A DNA stretch of 16,102 nucleotides. Source: a virus. Its lineage: Duplodnaviria > Heunggongvirae > Uroviricota > Caudoviricetes. Position numbers and translations under genes: made by a program. Location: positions 146,759 to 162,860 of the IMG/VR virus record IMGVR_UViG_3300027673_000001; one strand, 5' to 3'. Below are positions 7,220 to 13,157 of the stretch, one piece after another (the first letter of the stretch is position 1; the number at the start of each line of letters is the position of its first letter). Below the pieces are notes generated by a model. The model saw only the letters and a program-made list of their open reading frames with translations, made no database searches and was not told the origin of the DNA.

Positions 7220-8806
7220 TTAATCCTTAGAGAGTCTATCTTTTTCGAACTGCCTTACTTTAGGCAACATCTTTACTGCGAGTCTAGCAATGACTGGCTT
7301 CATACGTTCCAGCCTCTTTTCTAGCTTTTCCTTTTCGCTAACAGTCAGCTTACTTAGATCCTTTTTAGCTAGCCTCTTCTTTAGAGCTTGAATAGCCAGG
7401 CGACGTGCTCTTTTGCTAGCTACCTTACCGTCGCTTCTTCGACTTAGAGCTATTCTTGCTCCTCGTTCTCTCTTGGCTTTTGTCCTAGCCATCTTGACCT
7501 TTGCTCTCATTCTAGCTATTCTGGAAAGTACTTCGTTGAGTCCTTCAAAATTTTCGACTTCTACTTCCTGATCGTTTTCGTCAAGTATAACAAAGTCGTC
7601 ATCATCGTAGGCTTCGTCGGATATGAAGTCATCAGTAACTTCAAGAACTATGGAGTCAAGTTCCTCATCCTCTATCGACTCATGAGCCTTGTAGTGTATC
7701 TTTCTTATTCTAGCGTACCTTTTTGACTTATCAGAAGGTAGGGTACTTAGGTGCATTAAGTGATGAGTTTCGTCTTCCTTAGGTAGATCAAGCTCAGGAA
7801 CTTCGCCCTCTGTTAGACTCTTCGCTAGGTTTTCATCAAAGGATATTTCCATCTTCCTGGCAAGATCCAACATCCTTCTTAGGATATCCTTTGCTTCCTT
7901 GTTTAGGACTTTTCTCTTTGACAACCTGAGTGCTGAATTGACTATCATTACAGGATCTGTCTTTGTCTCCGCTTCCTCAAACCCCAGAGCCATGGCAATG
8001 ATTCTAGCTGCTCTTATCTTTTCTTGTTGCTTTACCACGACTGCCTCGTTTACTTTTTCTGTTGGGATGATGTCCTTGAGCCAGACCTTTTCCTGGTTGT
8101 CTAGAATGACATAGTTTGATCCCCTGAACGTAACAGTCCTCTCGAGGATTCCGTGCGTTACTATGTCGCCAATACAGAACAACTCGTTCTTAACGTACTC
8201 TTCTCTCGCTTCGGTTCCTTCTATGATGTTCATTGCGGCCCTTAGGTCATTGAACATCATCTTTGCTGATGCGTTTGATATTGTCTTAGGAACACCAGAA
8301 AGGAACGCAGTGAAGTTATTATCCTCTGCTGCCTTTCTCATTTTGGATGCGGACATCCCAGCGGTGCCGTCGGCGTCTGGGTCTCTTTCACCCGCAGACA
8401 CTACGAGTATCGAATCGAAGTTGTAGTCCTTGCCGTTGTACTTGTCCAGGAGTGTCTTATACTCCAGAACTCTATCCGAACCTGCTACGACTATGAGTTT
8501 GGAGTATTTGGTGTTTAGGGCCCTGGCGGCTTCCATGATAGTTCTAATGCTATCTGTAGCGGGCTGAATGTTGACGCCCTTGAAAGCCATCCTTGCGAAC
8601 TTAACCTTTTGGTTAACATTCAAGGGATTCTTTTTGGGGTCTTGTGTCTTGGTCAGATATATGACATGATCCGCAGAGTACTTCTTTGACAGCACTTCGA
8701 CGGCCTTTACCAGAACCCCATGCCCTATCGTAGGTGGGTTCATCCTGCCCCAGGCTAGGACAATAGTCTTGCTCTTGGCTTCTAGTATAGGTTTCATATA
8801 TCCCAT
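7220..8806 (-). CDS. HIGH-superfamily nucleotidyltransferase ('cytidyltransferase'-like) with additional C-terminal modules
   Basis: IVLAWGRMNPPTIGH (HIGH-like), VVAGSDRV, VSAGERDPDA and GMSASKMR (KMSKS-like) motifs in aa ~14-190, followed by a highly basic C-terminal module. Confidence 0.85.
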   Translation of the reverse strand: MGYMKPILEAKSKTIVLAWGRMNPPTIGHGVLVKAVEVLSKKYSADHVIYLTKTQDPKKNPLNVNQKVKFARMAFKGVNIQPATDSIRTIMEAARALNTKYSKLIVVAGSDRVLEYKTLLDKYNGKDYNFDSILVVSAGERDPDADGTAGMSASKMRKAAEDNNFTAFLSGVPKTISNASAKMMFNDLRAAMNIIEGTEAREEYVKNELFCIGDIVTHGILERTVTFRGSNYVILDNQEKVWLKDIIPTEKVNEAVVVKQQEKIRAARIIAMALGFEEAETKTDPVMIVNSALRLSKRKVLNKEAKDILRRMLDLARKMEISFDENLAKSLTEGEVPELDLPKEDETHHLMHLSTLPSDKSKRYARIRKIHYKAHESIEDEELDSIVLEVTDDFISDEAYDDDDFVILDENDQEVEVENFEGLNEVLSRIARMRAKVKMARTKAKRERGARIALSRRSDGKVASKRARRLAIQALKKRLAKKDLSKLTVSEKEKLEKRLERMKPVIARLAVKMLPKVRQFEKDRLSKD

Positions 8807-8820
8807 TGATGTAGTGTTTA

Positions 8821-9555
8821 TTATTTATGGTTTCCCAGGATTGACTTGTGAAGCTTGATATTCAACTTGCTCTGTATCATTTCCCATGCTTCTTTGTTCT
8901 TACCTGCAGAGACTAGAGCCTTAAGTTTTACCTTCTCTTCCGTTGTCGCTATAGAGAAGAATTTAACCATTTCCATGGCGCCTACGTTCCCCTCATATGA
9001 TGCTTCCTTGAGAGTGTCAGCCCAGTTCTTAATAATGACGTTTGATTTTATACCAGACAAATACACCTTTGCGCTATTCCTAGTGAAGTTCAGGACTTCG
9101 ACTATCTCCTCGGCTTCTCGTTTTGGGGCACCATACCACAAGCTAATGTGTGGGGAAAAGTCAGGGTATGTGTGATTGCAACCCATTCCCTTGAGGTACT
9201 CGTGTATGTTTCTCAGGGTCTCAGATTCTATCTTTGCCACAATGGTAGCCTTTGCTTCGTCTCTTTCGCCATCCTTCGGTAAGTCATCGAAGCAAGCATA
9301 ACCAGAAACTATACCATGGCAGGAACCAGTGAAGCTCATTTTAACCATTTCGCCCAATAGAAAAGGGTCAAGGTTACTATCCGGAGAATACATCAAGGTG
9401 ATGTGTTTCTTTTCTGCAGGCACTTCTACGCCTTCTGCAGGCCTCAGGTTTGGTGTTATCGTCAGCTCATATATCTCAGGGTTGTCAACGCCTATGGAGA
9501 GGTAGTTGCCCTTGTTCTGAATCTGGCCTGTGTAGTATTCCTTGAAGCTTACCAT
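8821..9555 (-). CDS. acb1: Acb1/gp57B-like 2H phosphodiesterase (anti-CBASS nuclease family) with ~60-aa C-terminal extension
   Basis: H51-I-T53 (KKHITLMYS) and H136-I-S138 (HTYPDFSPHISLWY). N-terminal SFKEY...NYLS and C-terminal IIKNWADTLK align with T4 gp57B as recalled (EFKDF...LYVA; IHSTICYS; HDFDDYTPHITLSY; LKLDWADDLK). Confidence 0.85.
   Translation of the reverse strand: MVSFKEYYTGQIQNKGNYLSIGVDNPEIYELTITPNLRPAEGVEVPAEKKHITLMYSPDSNLDPFLLGEMVKMSFTGSCHGIVSGYACFDDLPKDGERDEAKATIVAKIESETLRNIHEYLKGMGCNHTYPDFSPHISLWYGAPKREAEEIVEVLNFTRNSAKVYLSGIKSNVIIKNWADTLKEASYEGNVGAMEMVKFFSIATTEEKVKLKALVSAGKNKEAWEMIQSKLNIKLHKSILGNHK
8822..8828 (-). promoter_or_regulatory. T4-type late promoter box ATAAATA
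   Basis: Overlaps the last codons and stop of the Acb1-like gene (CAT AAA TAA), 15 nt upstream of ATG 8806. Confidence 0.6.
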
Positions 9556-10193
9556 GCCTTGCAGCTCCAGTATCTTGCCTTCGTCTTTGGACCTGGGTTA
9601 TCGCAGTTGTGTCTAGCCCTAAAGGACTTCCTACGCTCAGGAATGTGCTTCTTGATGCTCATGTTCTTGTCGCCAAACTCTACTTTGACAACATTGCCTT
9701 TTTCGTTCTTGACGTAGACTTTGGACTTCTTAACGTCGCCCTTCATGGGTTTGTTTAGGGGTTTGCCTTCCTCTTCGTAGATGAAAATAATCTCACCCTC
9801 AGTCCCATCTTCGAAGATGAACCCGTCACCAAGTTGCATTTCTTCTGGTATGCAGTTGGGCACTTCCTTGCCATTCTTTTTCTTCATGCCGAGTTGTTTG
9901 TATCCCTTCCAGCAAGGATCTTTATTCTCTTCAGACTCGTTGAAGAAATGTTTATCATGTGCTTCAAGTTTTTTATTCCCGAACTTAGATCTCAACAACA
10001 TACCGATATACTCTTGCTTTGACTTTGCTGAGTGTACTCTAAATTGTTGATTAGCCATTCTTTTCAGAGAATCTGTAGGTTGCTTTTTCAGCATGGATAT
10101 ATGGTCCGCTACTTCTTTCACGTCGTCGGGAGCAGCATCATATTTCTTTTTGTAAGATTCTTCCAATGATTGGTATTCTTTGAATGATGTCAT
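9549..10193 (-). CDS. Modular basic protein: CTS-like leader, CWKGY...PNC module, C-terminal FRARHNC...YWSC (DUF6321-like) module
   Basis: True start probably ATG 10193 (MTSFKEYQSLEE; ATGA overlap with the upstream stop, GGAG SD), not 10220. Both motifs are recurrent in phage hypothetical proteins. Confidence 0.7.
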   Translation of the reverse strand: MTSFKEYQSLEESYKKKYDAAPDDVKEVADHISMLKKQPTDSLKRMANQQFRVHSAKSKQEYIGMLLRSKFGNKKLEAHDKHFFNESEENKDPCWKGYKQLGMKKKNGKEVPNCIPEEMQLGDGFIFEDGTEGEIIFIYEEEGKPLNKPMKGDVKKSKVYVKNEKGNVVKVEFGDKNMSIKKHIPERRKSFRARHNCDNPGPKTKARYWSCKAW

Positions 10194-10387
10194 TTGCTCT
10201 TCTCCGCTCTTTCTATCCATGCCTTGGCGTCACGCCTAAGGTCAAACGTATCGTATATGTATCCGTCCTTGGTATCAACTACGTTGTAGGCAGACTTTAT
10301 TCTTCCTCTTGTGTCAGACACTTCGGTTTTCTTTATGGCGTACTTTGACTTGGATTGCTCTGTTATGTAATCTTGCAAGCTAATCAT
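10190..10387 (-). CDS. Small basic putative internal protein (65 aa)
   Basis: ATG 10387 overlaps the upstream stop (ATGA). Starts MISLQDYITE|Q (CTS-like) and fills the gap between two coupled genes exactly. Confidence 0.65.
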   Translation of the reverse strand: MISLQDYITEQSKSKYAIKKTEVSDTRGRIKSAYNVVDTKDGYIYDTFDLRRDAKAWIERAEKSK

Positions 10388-11625
10388 CTCTGCCAACCTT
10401 TCATGAACATAGGGTCGAAGTTTGCCAATGAAAACTCATAGCGATCAACCAGCTTGATGGCTCCATGGTCTGATATAGCAACAAACCCCTCAGGTGATGT
10501 TACTCTAAATCCGCTCTTAGTTTTGAGGAATGTACCTATGTTGTTTGCCTGGTTCATCTTCTTGATGAGATATAGCTTTGCCTCTGCAATCATCTTGGAG
10601 AGTTCAAACAAGGCGATAATTTCTCTCTTTGGGTGCACAAGGAAGAAGTTTAGTATCTTAGTGCGACGAGCATCTGTTCTGTCTTTACCTGCCTGTGTTT
10701 TCATTCCAGATGCTTCCTTAGTAAAGCGATCATCTATGAACTTGTAAAGACCATCTACGTGAGCTTCTACGTTTGTAATCTTCTCTCCTGCTCTTACCTT
10801 GCTGTTGTCATAGGTGTGAACAAGCATAAGGAGGTCTGGGTCCTTATGTATGGCGTTGAGTGTCTGAGAGGGCATCTTTTGAAACGCTCTGCCTATGTTA
10901 GCTAGCATTGCGTCAAACGTTTTTCTCTCTTCAGGTGTGAATGTTGCTGCGCCTGTCACATCCTTGAACGTAGCATCTTCCATCCATGAGGAAGATGACT
11001 TACGAAACTTTGACGTTATGTTCTTACCAAAGCTAGCACTCAGATTTTGTATTGAGTCGCCTTCGTAGGTTGTGTGCCAAACGATTCCTATGTTGCTACC
11101 TAGTATCCTCTTGCCTAGCGCAGAGTTTAGGGGGACGGCGTAGAGTATTGTGTTGGGATGAAAGGTAATGTACTTGGTGCCATCTATAGTCTGGCTTTTC
11201 AAGTCATTACGGGTGAACATGATGTCTCCCTGGTAAACACCACTCTTTATCCCCAGCTTCTTACACTCCGTGAAAGCCACTTTTAGCTTGTCTGCTAGGT
11301 CGCCTGAGGTATCGGAGTCTATGTCCTCATGACTGTAGTATAGCTTGGGGTTCTTGTTAAACAAGCCTTTCTTGGCTATGAAGAACTTTCCGTTTTCGGG
11401 GTTGATACCAGCAAAGACAGCTGGCGCCCCGTCCCATTTCACTGTGGTTACGGTCTTCTTGTTGTCGTTGCCTTGGCTTAGCATATCCCTAACGTCTCTC
11501 AGGAACATGATTGCCTTGCGTGTGCCTTCAACACCCAGGTCAAAGACTAGCTGTTCTAGGTGCTGCATATGGGTATTGGCAGCAGCCTCATTCATATAGG
11601 ACTTAAGAGATCTTACATTAGGCAT
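10384..11625 (-). CDS. ATP-dependent ligase-fold (RNA ligase-like) nucleotidyltransferase, DUF6267-like
   Basis: Motif I TVK63WDG, motif III-like GVYQGDIMF, motif IV PE379GFV, motif V-like AIK391LVDR. N-terminal NTHMQHLE is typical of this T4-like family. Confidence 0.7.
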   Translation of the reverse strand: MPNVRSLKSYMNEAAANTHMQHLEQLVFDLGVEGTRKAIMFLRDVRDMLSQGNDNKKTVTTVKWDGAPAVFAGINPENGKFFIAKKGLFNKNPKLYYSHEDIDSDTSGDLADKLKVAFTECKKLGIKSGVYQGDIMFTRNDLKSQTIDGTKYITFHPNTILYAVPLNSALGKRILGSNIGIVWHTTYEGDSIQNLSASFGKNITSKFRKSSSSWMEDATFKDVTGAATFTPEERKTFDAMLANIGRAFQKMPSQTLNAIHKDPDLLMLVHTYDNSKVRAGEKITNVEAHVDGLYKFIDDRFTKEASGMKTQAGKDRTDARRTKILNFFLVHPKREIIALFELSKMIAEAKLYLIKKMNQANNIGTFLKTKSGFRVTSPEGFVAISDHGAIKLVDRYEFSLANFDPMFMKGWQR

Positions 11626-12425
11626 TTGAACTCTGCTTTGTTTTCTATAATGTTGACTGTCTTACCATCTATGGGTGCTATGTTGTAGGGGGAAGAGTTC
11701 TTAGGCAGAGCAAATTCGATGGTAAACGTAAACTGGTATCCCTGAGCACCAATCCTTCCTTTGGATTTTTCCTCGGCGTCAGCCTTTGTGACGCCCTTGG
11801 ATTGGCAACGAACACGAGCCGTGATCCTACACACATCCTCAAACCTGGGGATCAAAGGTTGTCCCAGCTTAGCCATTCTTTGATTCAACCCAAGAGGGTC
11901 TTGACTTCCCAACAGATAAAACCCATGAGTACCTACGTTGATGTAATAGGTGCTTTTCAGGTTATAATACCTAGTCATGGAGTTTGAGGGCAGCTCCATC
12001 TTTATGTCAGGACACGTCTTGAGGTCCATGTCATAGCGATCTCTTAAGGGAATGCCTAGCATTTGTCTTTCCCATTCAGGCGTTCTATCAGAGACGTTAT
12101 AAACAGGCATGGTCCACTTGTCGTTGATCTTTTGTAGAACACCAGAGAACTTTGCCAAATCTGCCAGAAACTGCTTTTCTGTTTCGTCGTGCTCAATCTC
12201 TCCAAACCTCCAATGTGGCTTGGATCTAGCATAGGCCTTGATAACAAGGGAGCCGCCAGCAGTTGGTGATATCTTTAGTTCACACCCAGCTTGCTTACCT
12301 CTTACGGTTAGCATCAGGTCAGGCCTGGTGTGTGAAGCGCCAGCAGTTATTCCGTCAGACAGGTCAAATTTCTTGAGGAACTTTGTGGCGTTTTCCTCAT
12401 ACACAAACCCTTGTTGAGCCGCCAT
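11613..12425 (-). CDS. PD-(D/E)XK restriction-endonuclease-like protein (paralog B)
   Basis: GFVYE10...AGASHTRP35D36L...GCE49LK51. AAGGAG SD and TAA-ATG junction with the upstream paralog. Confidence 0.7.
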   Translation of the reverse strand: MAAQQGFVYEENATKFLKKFDLSDGITAGASHTRPDLMLTVRGKQAGCELKISPTAGGSLVIKAYARSKPHWRFGEIEHDETEKQFLADLAKFSGVLQKINDKWTMPVYNVSDRTPEWERQMLGIPLRDRYDMDLKTCPDIKMELPSNSMTRYYNLKSTYYINVGTHGFYLLGSQDPLGLNQRMAKLGQPLIPRFEDVCRITARVRCQSKGVTKADAEEKSKGRIGAQGYQFTFTIEFALPKNSSPYNIAPIDGKTVNIIENKAEFKCLM

Positions 12426-13115
12426 TTATGGTTTCTCCTTTGGATCAACATCCAAGTCATGATGTGACTTATCCGCATCCTTGAGACCCATAACGATTAG
12501 AGCACCGTATTTCTTCTTGCCGTTTTTGTCGGTGCCTCTGTACTTCATTCTGGCTCTTAGTTGAGTTTTTCCATGAAGTTCCGGTGAACCCAACTTGCCC
12601 TCGTCATGGCCGGTGTGGTAGAAACCATGCCCTCCACCAATTTGGATATAGTTGGTCTTTCTGTCCTTGCCGTAATGAGCCTTGATTGGATCAGCATCTG
12701 GGTGCATATGGTAAACGTTACCCTTCTGCAGATCCTTATCATAGTCTCCGGTGGGCTTATCCCACTGCTTGTTTACTTTCTCAAGGAAACCCGTGGCATG
12801 AATAGCTTCTGCTGTGTGGGGATACTTCTTTGCTGCCTTGGGGGAAATATGCCATCTTTCACCGTCATGATGAAGTTCGATTTGCCCGAACATGGCTTTG
12901 TGATCGGCCTTGATTTCTAGGTTGTGTTCCTTACCATTGTGGTGGAACTTCGCATCAGGGGCGTCAGCAGAAGACCCGGCCACTTTGGCGTCCTTGTCTG
13001 CTTTCCCGTGTTTCTTCAGGCGATCGTTGATAGTGACTTCATAGTCTCTCCCTCCTTGCCCTACGGCCTCGGAAAGATACTTTGCGTATGAATAGTCTTT
13101 GAAATTTTGAAACAT
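12426..13115 (-). CDS. PD-(D/E)XK restriction-endonuclease-like protein (paralog A), CTS-like leader
   Basis: MFQNFKDYSYAKYLSE|A leader, then GRDYE26...AGSSADAP53D54A...NLE67IK69. Confidence 0.7.
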   Translation of the reverse strand: MFQNFKDYSYAKYLSEAVGQGGRDYEVTINDRLKKHGKADKDAKVAGSSADAPDAKFHHNGKEHNLEIKADHKAMFGQIELHHDGERWHISPKAAKKYPHTAEAIHATGFLEKVNKQWDKPTGDYDKDLQKGNVYHMHPDADPIKAHYGKDRKTNYIQIGGGHGFYHTGHDEGKLGSPELHGKTQLRARMKYRGTDKNGKKKYGALIVMGLKDADKSHHDLDVDPKEKP

Positions 13116-13116
13116 A

Positions 13117-13153
13117 AAAACCCCATAAATGTATTGACTATTTATGGGGTTTT
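13117..13153 (-). terminator. Perfect 14-bp hairpin after the helicase gene, containing a late-promoter box (ATAAATA, 13145-13139) and the RBS of the next gene
   Basis: AAAACCCCATAAAT (13117-13130), 9-nt loop, ATTTATGGGGTTTT (13140-13153). Immediately after the helicase stop (13158) and 1 nt before ATG 13115. Confidence 0.8.
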
Positions 13154-13157
13154 GTCT

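Noticed and set aside
10194-10220. Track start sites at 10220 (also 10396 TTG and 3447)
   Set aside because: Downstream ATGs at 10193, 10387 and 3429 have better SDs or ATGA coupling and, for the first two, give CTS-like N-termini.
543-12742. Short alternative-frame minus ORFs (543..830, 1239..1433, 2483..2665, 12056..12247, 12557..12742)
   Set aside because: Nested out of frame in conserved enzymes, with no recognisable motif or SD.
11613-13115. Interpretation of the nucleases as homing endonucleases or intron/intein-encoded elements
   Set aside because: No GIY-YIG, HNH or LAGLIDADG motifs. Flanking core genes (41, uvsX, 61, nrdB and the visible nrdA) are uninterrupted, and the genes are integrated in a coupled late operon.
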